A stretch of DNA of 52,532 nt from an uncultured Enterobacterales bacterium (GCA_964556105.1 CAZKWG010000001.1:1-52532), one strand, 5' to 3'. Counted from the first letter of the stretch, positions 15,732 to 24,999 are shown. The notes: a model not told the origin generated them from the letters alone. A program made the numbers and translations.

Positions 15732-17621
15732 CTACAGACACACCCCGAACCACGGCTCCCCCTCCACGTACTGCCGCGTGCAGCCAGGGCAGGCGCTCGG
15801 GTCGTCCGGGTCACAGAGCCGGTAGCAGGTGTAGGTCACCCAGGAGCAGAAGGCGCCCTGCTCGCAGAGATAGTCCGGGTCGGTCCAGGAGCAGGTCTGG
15901 CCCTCGGTGCGCGGGCCGGACGGCAGGCAGAGGTTGGTGTCCAGGTCGAGCGGGACGCAGCCCTCGGCGTAGGAGGCGGGCTCACAGTCCTGGTTGTAGA
16001 GGTCGCAGGCGTCGCCCGGCCGGCAGACCCCGTCGGGCGTGGTCTCGAGCGCGTCCGTGGGGCTGCACCAGCTCTCCTCGTCGCAGCTCCCGACCCGGTC
16101 ATAGGGCCGGTCGCAGGCGTCGCGGCAGACGTGGTCCACGAGATCGCAGCGGCTGGCGCAGTCGGCGTCCTCCAGGCAGAAGGCCCCGTCTGCCGCCGTG
16201 CCCGCGACGCGCAGGTCGCCGCCCTCCCAGGGCTGGCCGCCCAGGTAGATCGTCGTGATCTCGCGCAGGGCCCGGATGTCCTCGTCGGGCCGTCCCGCGA
16301 GCACCAGCAGGTCGGCGCGGTAGCCGGCGTCCACGAAGCCCATGTCCTCCCAGCCGAGCAGGGCGGCGGGCGCGGCGGTCGCGGCCGTGAGCGCGTCGAG
16401 CGGGCTCATGCCCAGCGCGACCAGCGCGTCCAGCTCGCGGTGGAGCCCGAGGCCATGCGGCACGAACCAGTAGCCGGCGTCGGAGCCGGCGATGACCAGG
16501 CCCCCGCTGGCGATGGCCTGCGCGAGGTTGGCGCGGGCGGCCTCCTCCCAGGCGGCGCTGCCCTCCACCCAGCCCTCGGCGAAGGCGTCCTCGTGGGCGC
16601 CGAGCCAGGTCCAGGCGGCGCGCACCGCGTCGGGAGTGTGGGAGAGATCCTCGGCCAGCAGGCTGCCGTCCAGCAGGTCGCCGGTGCCGGCGAAGGCGGA
16701 GACGGTGCTCAGGCTCGGCGCGTCGATCGGCTCATCCAGGGCCTCAGAGAAGACGGGGTGCGCCAGCACGCTGACCCCAGCGGCGAGCGCGTCCAGCGCG
16801 TCCTCGGGCTCGTCGATGTGGGCGAAGACCGGCTGGCCGGCCCCTTCCGCGGCGTCCACGATGTCGGCCAGATCGCCCAGGTCCAGGCGCGGCGTGGGCC
16901 AGTCCGTGAAGTCCGCGTCGGCCAGCGCCACCTTGATCGCGTCGGCCTCGCCCAGCGCTGAGACCTGGCTCCCGCCGTCGCCATCGACGAAGCGGCAGAG
17001 GGCCTCGTCGTGGAAGGTCTCGCAGGGGTGGCTGAGCTCGGCCGTGAGGAAGGGCCCGGTGGCGTAGACGCGGGGCCCCACGATCTCGCCGTCGGCGATC
17101 CGGTCGCGCAGCGCGAAGGCCTCGACGGGCGCCCCGAGATCGGCCACGCCGACGACGCCCCAGGCGAGCTGGGCCGCCAGGTTCGCCGCCAGCGTGTCGC
17201 CCACCCAGGAGGTGGAGCCCGAATGAAAGAGGTGGACGTGGGCGTCGATCAGGCCGGGCACGACGCTGGCGCCGCCCAGGTCCACCACGGTCGCGTCCGC
17301 GGGCCAGGCGCGCTCGGTGCTGAAGACGGAGTGGATCTCCTCGCCCACGATCACGATGGCGTGGCCCTCGCGCACGCCGCTGGCGTCCAAGATGCGCGCG
17401 TTGCTCAGGATCAAGGCCCCCGCGGGGATGCCGAGCGGCTCGTAGGAGCCCCCGCTGTCGCTGTCCCCGGCGCTGCCGGAGTCCCCGGATCCTGTGTCGG
17501 GGGCCTCCGCCTTGTCTGGCGCCACGCCGTCCGTACAGCCCGCCGCAACACCCAGCAGCGCGAGCGCGAGCGAGGCGATCACGTCAACTCGCGGCCGAAC
17601 GCCTTGTGAGAGCGCCTCCAT
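15732..17621 (-). CDS. amidohydrolase-family lipoprotein with a C-terminal 20-Cys domain
   Basis: GGGGAGG lies 8 nt upstream of ATG 17621, and the lipobox is LLGVAAGC. The metal-binding motif is GLIDAHVHLF. The C-terminal 148 aa contain 20 Cys. Confidence 0.8.
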   Translation of the reverse strand: MEALSQGVRPRVDVIASLALALLGVAAGCTDGVAPDKAEAPDTGSGDSGSAGDSDSGGSYEPLGIPAGALILSNARILDASGVREGHAIVIVGEEIHSVFSTERAWPADATVVDLGGASVVPGLIDAHVHLFHSGSTSWVGDTLAANLAAQLAWGVVGVADLGAPVEAFALRDRIADGEIVGPRVYATGPFLTAELSHPCETFHDEALCRFVDGDGGSQVSALGEADAIKVALADADFTDWPTPRLDLGDLADIVDAAEGAGQPVFAHIDEPEDALDALAAGVSVLAHPVFSEALDEPIDAPSLSTVSAFAGTGDLLDGSLLAEDLSHTPDAVRAAWTWLGAHEDAFAEGWVEGSAAWEEAARANLAQAIASGGLVIAGSDAGYWFVPHGLGLHRELDALVALGMSPLDALTAATAAPAALLGWEDMGFVDAGYRADLLVLAGRPDEDIRALREITTIYLGGQPWEGGDLRVAGTAADGAFCLEDADCASRCDLVDHVCRDACDRPYDRVGSCDEESWCSPTDALETTPDGVCRPGDACDLYNQDCEPASYAEGCVPLDLDTNLCLPSGPRTEGQTCSWTDPDYLCEQGAFCSWVTYTCYRLCDPDDPSACPGCTRQYVEGEPWFGVCL

Positions 17622-17656
17622 CTCGTTAGCCTCCCCGCTTCATCAAGGAGTCCTGC

Positions 17657-17875
17657 TTGGCGTCTGACGACCTGATCGAGATCGAAGGTACCATAAAAGA
17701 GGTCTACCCCGGGGGAGCGTTCCTCGTGGCGACCGATGGCGGCCAGGAGGTGCACGCGCACCTCGCTGGAAAGCTGCGTCGCTACCGCATCCGTGTCGTC
17801 CTCGGCGACCGCGTGACCGTCGCCGTCAGCCCCTATGACCTGACCCGCGGCCGCATCACCTTCCGCCACAAGTAA
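17657..17875 (+). CDS. infA: translation initiation factor IF-1
   Basis: AAGGAG lies 6 nt upstream of the TTG start. The 72-aa S1-like sequence IEIEGTIKEVYPGGAFLVATDGGQEVHAHLAGKLRRYRIRVVLGDRVTVAVSPYDLTRGRITFRHK matches the IF-1 pattern. Confidence 0.95.
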   Translation: MASDDLIEIEGTIKEVYPGGAFLVATDGGQEVHAHLAGKLRRYRIRVVLGDRVTVAVSPYDLTRGRITFRHK

Positions 17876-17918
17876 GACCGGCGTCGCCAGCGACGGCCCC
17901 GGCCTTCGATCTCCCGGT

Positions 17919-18929
17919 CTACAGGCGAACCAGGTACAGGTACTCCTTGTTCCTGAGGTGGCTCACCTGGCCCACCTTGTCGCCCGTCGGGCTGTAGATC
18001 CCGATCTGCGCCCCGACATAGCGCTTGAAGTCCTGCTCCAGCACGGTGACCTCGCCGCGCGCGCCGAGCAGCGCCTCCATCTCATCGCGGCTGATGAAGC
18101 CCTCGTTGCTGAACGAGACCAGCAGGTAGCGGGCGCGCGCGGCCGTCACGATCCGCCGCATCGCCTCCAGGATCCTCGGCTTCGAGTTGAACGCGCTGTC
18201 CCGCACCTGACAGTCCACGCGCTTGCGGGCGACCCCGTAGAGCTCGGGCTTGTCCCAGCGCACCAGCGACTCCCAGATGTGGTAGTTGCCCAGGTACTTG
18301 TGCTGGTTGTAGGGCGGGTCCAGGTAGAAGAGATCCGCCTCGAGCGAGGCCGCGGCCTCCTGCGCCTCGCGCTCGTGCGCCTCGCCCTTGCCGTGGAGCG
18401 CGCGCGGCAGCAGCTCGGGCGCGCGCAGGCTCAGGTCGTTGGAGGCCCGCTTCGCCCACTGCTTGAGGTAGGCCATCTGCACGCCCGTCGTCGAGTCCAC
18501 GCGGTCGGCCGCCTCCATCAACGACACCAGCAACACCGCCTCCAGCTCGGGCGGCAGACCTTTGCGGGCGATGGCCTCGCGGATCGCGTCCACGCGGGCG
18601 CCGTTCTTCGGCTGGAAGAAGCGGCTCTGCACGCAGAAGGCGTCGGTGAACCAGCCGGGCTCGCCGGGCAGCGCGTTCAGCTCGGCGACGAGGCTCGAGG
18701 CCTGGCTCCGCAGCTCCTCCCGGTCCGCCTGCACGTAGCAGCGCGCCAGCGTGGCGGCGTAGGCGTTGTGATCGTTGGCCAGCACGCGGTAGCCGGCGCC
18801 CTTGAGCGCGTGACCGACGCGGCTGGTGCCGCTGAACAGGTCCACGACCGAGCGCACGCCGGACAACCCGCGGACCACCTCGACGATGAGCGGGACCAGG
18901 AGGCGCTTGCTGCCGATGTACTTGATCAC
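17919..18929 (-). CDS. Dam-family (D12-class, alpha-type) N6-adenine DNA methyltransferase, orphan
   Basis: The GTG start at 18929 gives VIKYIGSKRLL at the N-terminus. Motif I is DLFSGTSRVG and motif IV is LDPPYN, with SFSNEG near the C-terminus. The upstream part of the track ORF is junk and overlaps the divergent PLD gene. Confidence 0.75.
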   Translation of the reverse strand: MIKYIGSKRLLVPLIVEVVRGLSGVRSVVDLFSGTSRVGHALKGAGYRVLANDHNAYAATLARCYVQADREELRSQASSLVAELNALPGEPGWFTDAFCVQSRFFQPKNGARVDAIREAIARKGLPPELEAVLLVSLMEAADRVDSTTGVQMAYLKQWAKRASNDLSLRAPELLPRALHGKGEAHEREAQEAAASLEADLFYLDPPYNQHKYLGNYHIWESLVRWDKPELYGVARKRVDCQVRDSAFNSKPRILEAMRRIVTAARARYLLVSFSNEGFISRDEMEALLGARGEVTVLEQDFKRYVGAQIGIYSPTGDKVGQVSHLRNKEYLYLVRL

Positions 18930-18999
18930 GGCCTCAGCCCTAACCGGGTCGGAGCCTCCCGCGCGGAGGCGCCGTGCTACCCTGCCGACGCGAGGTGCG

Positions 19000-20541
19000 A
19001 TGATGCCCGATGGCCCTGGGTCGGTCCGCGCGCGGGTGTTCGGGGCAGTGGTCTTCGGGGCGTGGGTCGGCCTGTCGACCCTGCCCGGCTGCGGCGAGGA
19101 CCCGCCGCCCATCGTCGAGGATCTCGGCCTGGTCCTCCCGGAGTTCTCGCCGGAGAGCGCGGCCCTCAGCGCGCCTCCCCGCCGCGAGGGCAACGAGGTG
19201 CAGCTCCTGGTCAACGGCGAGGCCTCGCTGGCCGCCCGCCTGAAGCTCATCGCCGAGGCGAAGCGCTCGATCTACCTCCAGGCGCTCATCTTCAAGGCCG
19301 ACACCTCGGGGCGCGCGATCGCCGACGCCCTGATCGCCCGCAAGCGGCAGGACCCCTCGCTGGACGTGCGCGTCATCGTGGACGCCTACTCGAACATCCA
19401 GGACACGGCCGCCCAGCTCATGTACTTCGAGCTGCAGAGCGCGGGCGTGAACGTCGAAGGGTTCGAGGCCTTCTACCTGCACTGGTTCAGCGAGCTGAGC
19501 GTGACGGACTGGCTGGCGCACAACATGCGCTACCACGAGAAGTACCTGGTCATCGACGGCGAGCGGGCGGTGGTCGGCGGCATGAACGTGGCCGACGAGT
19601 ACTTCCGGTGCTCCAAGGACCCCTTCCTGACCTGGCGCGACCAGGACGTGGCGGTGAGCGGCCCGGCGGCGGCGGACGTGTCGGCGGCCTTCCTGGACAA
19701 CCACGGCTGGTTCAAGGCGGCGAAGGCGCTGAAGCCGGCCCTCTTGAACCCCGACACCTACTGGAGCCAGTGGCAGAAGCGCCACCCGGCCATCGACGCC
19801 GTGATGCAGCGGGCGCTGGACGCGCAGCGGGCCCGGCACGCGCGCAAGGCGGGCGTGGACCAGGGCGAGCCCTGCACAGGGACGCCGGTGCCCACGGTCG
19901 TCCACGCCGACGTGCCGGTGCGCTTCGTGCGCAACCGCCCGCGGGCGGGGGAGCGCCTGATTCGCGACCTCTACCTGGAGCAGATCGCCGCCGCAGAGCA
20001 GAGCGTCCTCATCGAGAACGCCTACTTCGTGCCCTCGGACGCGCTGATGGCGGCGCTCGTCTCCGCAGCGAAGCGCGGGGTCGACGTCCACATCGTCACC
20101 AACAGCGACAAGACCAATGACATCCCGATGATCACCGTCGCCGGCCGGGCCCGGTACAAGGCCCTGCTGGACGCCGGCGTCCACGTCTACGAGTGGCATG
20201 CCGAGCGCTTCGGCGAGGGCACCATCCACGCCAAGCACGCCGTCTTCGACGACCGCGTGGCCATCATCGGGTCCTACAACCTCGATCCCCGCTCCGAGCG
20301 CCTGAACAGCGAGAACGTGGTGCTCCTCGAGCACGCGCCCATCGCCGCCGAGCTCGCCGCCTGGATCCGCGAGCACGACCTGCCGATGGCCGAGGCCATC
20401 ACGCCCGAGCAGGCGGTGGGCTGGCTGGCCCCTGGAGAGCAGGCGAAGCTGGACGGCAAGGTGCCGCTGTGGAGCGATCCCCGCTTCGATCCGAAGAGCT
20501 TCGAGTACCTGCTGGTGCGTGGGCTGGAGGGCAACCTGTAG
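19000..20541 (+). CDS. phospholipase D / cardiolipin-synthase-family lipoprotein (two HKD motifs)
   Basis: GAGG lies upstream of ATG 19000 (a second ATG is at 19003), and the lipobox is LSTLPGC. The HKD motifs are YHEKYLVIDGERAVVGGMNV and IHAKHAVFDDRVAIIGSYNLDPRS. Confidence 0.85.
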   Translation: MMPDGPGSVRARVFGAVVFGAWVGLSTLPGCGEDPPPIVEDLGLVLPEFSPESAALSAPPRREGNEVQLLVNGEASLAARLKLIAEAKRSIYLQALIFKADTSGRAIADALIARKRQDPSLDVRVIVDAYSNIQDTAAQLMYFELQSAGVNVEGFEAFYLHWFSELSVTDWLAHNMRYHEKYLVIDGERAVVGGMNVADEYFRCSKDPFLTWRDQDVAVSGPAAADVSAAFLDNHGWFKAAKALKPALLNPDTYWSQWQKRHPAIDAVMQRALDAQRARHARKAGVDQGEPCTGTPVPTVVHADVPVRFVRNRPRAGERLIRDLYLEQIAAAEQSVLIENAYFVPSDALMAALVSAAKRGVDVHIVTNSDKTNDIPMITVAGRARYKALLDAGVHVYEWHAERFGEGTIHAKHAVFDDRVAIIGSYNLDPRSERLNSENVVLLEHAPIAAELAAWIREHDLPMAEAITPEQAVGWLAPGEQAKLDGKVPLWSDPRFDPKSFEYLLVRGLEGNL

Positions 20542-20550
20542 ATCCGCCGC

Positions 20551-21369
20551 TCAACCCAGAGCGCGCAGGAGCGGCTCCCCCGTCCCGCCCAGCAGACGCC
20601 GCACCGTCGTCGCCGTCGCGTAGAGCGGCGCGCCCTCGCCCTCGCCCACGATCTGGTGGCTGAGCACCGCGTCACCGGCTCCCGTCAGGCCCACGGCGCA
20701 GGTGCGCACGACGACGCGCTCCCCCGCGACGGCGCCGCGCTTCCAGTCCACCTGCTCCGCCACCGGCACGAGCTGCTGCGGGTCAAGGCCCGCCGCCGCC
20801 AGCGCGCGGCAGGTCGCCTCGTCGCAGAAGTCCACGTAGGCCGGGTGGTTGACGTGCCCCAGCGGGTCCATCCAGGTGTGCCAGACCTCGAAGGAGAAGC
20901 TCCGCCCGGCGCCCTCGACCCCAGGCAGCGGCGCGAAGGTGGGCAGGCAGAGCTCGGGCTCGCCCCGATCGTGCAGGGTCAACGCGCGGAGCAGCTCGGG
21001 GGAGGCGCGCGCGGGCTTGAGCCCGGGGCCGACGTGGACCCAGCGCTGGGTCGTCGCCGCGACCGGGCCGCCCGGCCCGGAGAGCCGGATCTCCCGTCGA
21101 CTCAAGATGCCGCGGGCGAAGGAGGGCACCCAGGTCTCCGCCTCGAGGGGCTCGCCATAGACGACCTCCCGGTCGTGGCGGACGGTCATGCCGTAGACGA
21201 CGAAGCCGGTGCCGCTCTCGGTGTAGCGCTCCGGCGGCCAGCCCACGCGAATGGAGGCGATCACGGCCGCCTCTTGAAAGAGCCGCCAGACCTCGGCCGC
21301 GCGCCCCACCCCGCGGGGGTTCGCGGCGTGGCGAGGCAGGGTCAAAGGGATTCGTTCGGTGCCCGACAT
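20551..21369 (-). CDS. tandem hot-dog-fold acyl-ACP/acyl-CoA thioesterase-like protein
   Basis: Two hot-dog-like halves are present (VWRLFQEAAV...FVVYGMTVRH and WMDPLGHVNHPAYVDFCDEA). The size matches acyl-ACP thioesterase-like proteins. Confidence 0.65.
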   Translation of the reverse strand: MSGTERIPLTLPRHAANPRGVGRAAEVWRLFQEAAVIASIRVGWPPERYTESGTGFVVYGMTVRHDREVVYGEPLEAETWVPSFARGILSRREIRLSGPGGPVAATTQRWVHVGPGLKPARASPELLRALTLHDRGEPELCLPTFAPLPGVEGAGRSFSFEVWHTWMDPLGHVNHPAYVDFCDEATCRALAAAGLDPQQLVPVAEQVDWKRGAVAGERVVVRTCAVGLTGAGDAVLSHQIVGEGEGAPLYATATTVRRLLGGTGEPLLRALG

Positions 21370-21446
21370 GGCGCGCTGCTTAACCCGCCGCCGTCACGTT
21401 AATCCCCCGTCGTGGGCTTCCCCCACGTGCCAGGTGGAGCGCAGCC

Positions 21447-22625
21447 GTGCAGGTCGAGGTCCTCCCCCAGATCGCCGAGATCGACGCCGCGCGCTGGGAC
21501 GCCCTGGTGCCGGCCGACGATCCCTTCGCCGAGCATGCCTTCCTCGATCTCCTGGAGCGGAGCGGCAGCGTCTCGGCGGAGAGCGGCTGGGTGCCCTGTC
21601 ACCTCGTGCTGCGCGACCAGGCGCAGGTCGTCGGCGCCATGCCGCTCTACATCAAGGACAACAGCTACGGCGAGTACATCTTCGACTGGGGGTGGGCCGA
21701 CGCGGCGATGCGCAACCGCATCCGCTACTACCCGAAGCTCGTGTCCTCCATCCCATTTACGCCTGTGGGTGGATGCCGGCTCCTCCTCGGCGGACCCGCG
21801 GTGCCGGGCGATCCCAGGGTTCACGCCCTGGTCTCCGCCGCCCAGGCCATCGGCGAGCAGATCTCCGCGAGCTCGCTCCATGTCCTCTTCTGCACGGAGC
21901 CGGAGCGGCAGGCCCTGGCCAGCCTGGGCGCCATCCCGCGCCTCAGCTACCAGTTCCACTGGAGAAACGAGGGCTGGCGGGACTTCGAGCACTGGCTCTC
22001 CACGTTCCGCTCCCGCGATCGCAAGAAGGCCCGCGCCGAGCGCCGGCTCCCCGACGGCGTCACCGTGCGCGAGGCGACCGGCGAGACGCTGACCGACCGC
22101 GAGATCGAGGCCATCTACGGCTTCTACCAGGACACCGTCGGCCGCAAGGGCGGCTACGACTACCTGCAGGCCGGCTTCTTCACCGGGCTGAACCGGGGCC
22201 CCATCGCGCGGCGCGTGCGCTGCTTCATCGCCGAGCAGGGCGAGGAGATCGTCAGCACGTCCCTCTGCTTCCAGAAGGGCAGCGGCCTGTACGGTCGCTA
22301 CTGGGGCTGCAAGCCCGGCTATGGCGGCCTGCACTTCGAGCTCTGCTACCACGCCCCCATCGCCCGCTGCATCGCCGAGGGCTGGACCCGCTTCGAGGCT
22401 GGCGCCCAGGGCATCCACAAGCTCAAGCGCGGGTTGATGCCCAGCCCGACCTTCTCCGCCCACTGGATCACGCACCCCGGCCTGTCCCGCGCCATCGCCG
22501 ACGCCGTCCGCCGCGAGGCCGAGGGCACCCTGCGCCAGATGGAGGCCCTCGCCGCCCACGGCCCCTTCCGTCGGGACGAGCCATCCTCCCCCCTGCCCGA
22601 CGAGGTCCAGGAGGTGGGGGGATGA
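21447..22625 (+). CDS. FemAB-like / DUF482-type GNAT-fold acyltransferase
   Basis: It has a GTG start. The family pattern is WDALVPADDPFAEHAFLDLLERSGSV...GWVPCHLVL...PLYIKDNSYGEYIFDWGWADAA...YYPKLVSSIPFTPV. Confidence 0.75.
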   Translation: MQVEVLPQIAEIDAARWDALVPADDPFAEHAFLDLLERSGSVSAESGWVPCHLVLRDQAQVVGAMPLYIKDNSYGEYIFDWGWADAAMRNRIRYYPKLVSSIPFTPVGGCRLLLGGPAVPGDPRVHALVSAAQAIGEQISASSLHVLFCTEPERQALASLGAIPRLSYQFHWRNEGWRDFEHWLSTFRSRDRKKARAERRLPDGVTVREATGETLTDREIEAIYGFYQDTVGRKGGYDYLQAGFFTGLNRGPIARRVRCFIAEQGEEIVSTSLCFQKGSGLYGRYWGCKPGYGGLHFELCYHAPIARCIAEGWTRFEAGAQGIHKLKRGLMPSPTFSAHWITHPGLSRAIADAVRREAEGTLRQMEALAAHGPFRRDEPSSPLPDEVQEVGG

Positions 22626-22674
22626 AGGCGGCGGGTTAGACTCTCCGACGCCCAAGCCCCCAGGAGGAGCCGTC

Positions 22675-23151
22675 GTGGGTCTTCGTGATCAGCTCAAGCG
22701 CAAGCTCGCCGAGGCCGTAGGGATGGGCGCGCGCGCGGCCCCGCCTCCCAAGGATGCCGGGTCCCGCCTGCCGGACAAGGTGGACCCGGACGGCTTCGTC
22801 GCCGTGGCGGCCTCCTCGGCCATCGCGCCCGGCAAGGCCGGCACCTATCAGGTCGGACCGAACACGGTGGCGGTCTTCCGCGTCGAAGGGGGGCTCTACG
22901 CCATCGACAGCGCCTGCGTGCACGAGGACGGGCCGCTGGGCGAGGGCGAGATCACCGGCGCCGTCGTGGCCTGCCCCTACCACCACTGGCGCTTCGACGT
23001 GAAGAGCGGCGCCTGCCTGACCGAGCCCAGCCGCAGCGTGGCCTGCTACGCCGTCAAGGAGCAGGGCGGGACCATCTGGGTCGGGCGGCGCACCCGCGAG
23101 GGCTCCGGCGAGCGCGGCGGCGAGCACGACGACGGGCTGCAGACCCGCTAG
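22675..23151 (+). CDS. Rieske [2Fe-2S] domain protein (ferredoxin-subunit/NirD-like)
   Basis: The ligand motifs are CVHEDGPL (CxH) and CPYHHWRF (CxxH). The N-terminal extension is about 45 aa. It has a GTG start. Confidence 0.8.
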   Translation: MGLRDQLKRKLAEAVGMGARAAPPPKDAGSRLPDKVDPDGFVAVAASSAIAPGKAGTYQVGPNTVAVFRVEGGLYAIDSACVHEDGPLGEGEITGAVVACPYHHWRFDVKSGACLTEPSRSVACYAVKEQGGTIWVGRRTREGSGERGGEHDDGLQTR

Positions 23152-23157
23152 CGAAGC

Positions 23158-24348
23158 TCAGTCCCAACCGCGCGCGCGGAAGAGGGCGAGGCTGCTGGTG
23201 TAGGCGTGCAGGAAGGTCCGCGTGTGAACGGGCCCGATCTCGCCGGCGCAGAAGAATCCGCCCGTGGGCACATCCCCCAGCAGCTCGCGCAGCACGCGGC
23301 TGTCGTGATCCGGCACGCCATAGAAGCCGGCGCCCCGCCCCAGGCAGGAGAAGAGCAGCGCGCCCGCCGGCGCCTCGCCGCCCCGATCGCGGATGTAGCG
23401 GCCGAGCAGGTCGTGGAGCTCTTCCGACGCCGCGCGCGCGTCGCGGGCGTGGAACTGCACGACCTGACCCGGCCGCAGCGAGGTGCCGACCCCGACCACG
23501 CCGCGCTGGCGGTCCATGCCCAGCAGGTTGCGGACCAGGAAGTCCCCGCGCCGCAGGCGCTCCTTCTGCGGGTCGATCCCCACGCCCAGCAGCGGCCCCC
23601 GCTGAAAGAGGCCCTTGTCCGCTGGGGTGAGCGCGGCGAAGAAGCGGTCCAGCACCTCGATCGCCGGGGCGCCGTCCAGCTCGGTGAGCATGTGCCGCTC
23701 GCACTTCGTCACCGTCATGGGCTCGCCGAGCGCGCGCGCTCCCTGGGCGACGACCGTGTCCAGCACGAGATCGCCCACCAGGCTCGCGCCCACCACGCCC
23801 GCCTCGACCAGCTCATCGTCGATCAGGAGCTGGTTGCGCTCCGGAGGGCGCGCGCCGCTGGCCAGCCCGCCCACCTTCGGCGAGGAGGGCCAGGCGAGGT
23901 CCAGCGAGGCGATCAGCCGCTCCACGTCACAGGTGAGTGGATCGGGCAGCAGCAGGAAGGAGGGCTGGTGCTCGGGATCGAGGCCCAGGCGCTGCTGCCA
24001 GGCCTCGGCGCCGAGGCGCGCGGGATCGAGCTCCGCCGGGCTGAGGTGGAAGACGTTGACCTCCACCCCGGGCAGCAGGGCGCCCACGAGCGAGACCGCC
24101 TGGCGCTGCTCCACCTCGACCCCGCCGCCGATGACGGAGCCCGCGGTGCAGCCGAGCAGGGAGGCCTGGGGCATCCGCGCGCTGATCTTGCGGCCGTGCT
24201 GACGCACCGCCTCGGGCGTGTACCCGCTCAAGAAGGCCAGCACGAGGTCGGGTGTGCGCCCGCCCAGCGCGACGTACAGGTTGTGGGTAGCCTCGTCGAT
24301 GGCCGACTCCAGCCCCGACCGCTCCGAGATGACCGATGCCCAGCGCAT
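23158..24348 (-). CDS. FIST-domain (FIST_N/FIST_C) sensory protein
   Basis: The layout is typical of the family: PDLVLAFLS...LLGCTAGSVIGGG...GALLFSCLGRG...FFCAGEIGP. Confidence 0.8.
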   Translation of the reverse strand: MRWASVISERSGLESAIDEATHNLYVALGGRTPDLVLAFLSGYTPEAVRQHGRKISARMPQASLLGCTAGSVIGGGVEVEQRQAVSLVGALLPGVEVNVFHLSPAELDPARLGAEAWQQRLGLDPEHQPSFLLLPDPLTCDVERLIASLDLAWPSSPKVGGLASGARPPERNQLLIDDELVEAGVVGASLVGDLVLDTVVAQGARALGEPMTVTKCERHMLTELDGAPAIEVLDRFFAALTPADKGLFQRGPLLGVGIDPQKERLRRGDFLVRNLLGMDRQRGVVGVGTSLRPGQVVQFHARDARAASEELHDLLGRYIRDRGGEAPAGALLFSCLGRGAGFYGVPDHDSRVLRELLGDVPTGGFFCAGEIGPVHTRTFLHAYTSSLALFRARGWD

Positions 24349-24373
24349 GAACGGCCTTAACCCCGCGCGCCGC

Positions 24374-24925
24374 TCAGCGCCTCAGCCAGAGCCCGTTCTG
24401 CCACAGCCACATCTGGTCGTAGGTTCCATCGTCCTTGGTGGACACGGCCCGCCGCACGCGCGTCCCCTCCACCTTCCACTGCTCGTCGAGCATGCCGTCC
24501 CGATCCAGGTCGAGGGTCAGGCGAGTGACGGCGTTGGCGCCGGGCTCCTGGTAGAGGTTGATGGCCCACTTGCTGTCGGGGAGGACGTCCTGCTGCTCGG
24601 GGCCGCTCAGGCGGCGCGGCAGGAGCTCGTTGATGATCTCGGTGTCGCGCGCGCTGGGGCCCGTGACCTCGCTCTGGTTGATGTGGACCTCGGCGCCCGC
24701 GGGCGCGCTGAACGGGTCGGTGTGGACCTTGTGGGAGAGGGTGGCCTGCTTGATGGCCAGCCACTCGCCGAGGTCCTCCTGCGCGCGCGCGGCCTCGGTC
24801 TCCGGAGGGCGCGTCCGCCAGTAGAGCACCCCGCCGATGATGCCCACGCCCCCGCAGAGCGCGAACAAGAGGATGACACCGCCGATGATCCATGGGAGCT
24901 TGGAGCGTTTACCTGTCTCACTCAC
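24374..24925 (-). CDS. single-pass membrane protein with a DxDxDG-type loop
   Basis: The N-terminal TM segment is LPWIIGGVILLFALCGGVGIIGGVLYW. The loop LDLDRDGMLDE is EF-hand-like. The gene lies 25 nt upstream of the FIST gene on the same strand. Confidence 0.7.
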   Translation of the reverse strand: MSETGKRSKLPWIIGGVILLFALCGGVGIIGGVLYWRTRPPETEAARAQEDLGEWLAIKQATLSHKVHTDPFSAPAGAEVHINQSEVTGPSARDTEIINELLPRRLSGPEQQDVLPDSKWAINLYQEPGANAVTRLTLDLDRDGMLDEQWKVEGTRVRRAVSTKDDGTYDQMWLWQNGLWLRR

Positions 24926-24999
24926 GGTGGCCTCCCGCCGCGTACGGCTGTACGTGGTGTAGCATGTGCGGGCCCACCCCTCGACCGGGCACTTCAGTC

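Noticed and set aside
17919-20541. The methyltransferase and the divergent PLD-family gene as a restriction-modification pair (BfiI-type PLD nucleases exist)
   Set aside because: The PLD protein has a lipoprotein signal (LSTLPGC). It also has two HKD motifs in one 513-aa chain, like phospholipase D and cardiolipin synthase. BfiI/Nuc-type nucleases are cytoplasmic with a single HKD motif, so an exported lipid enzyme is far more likely. I did not exclude the hypothesis experimentally.
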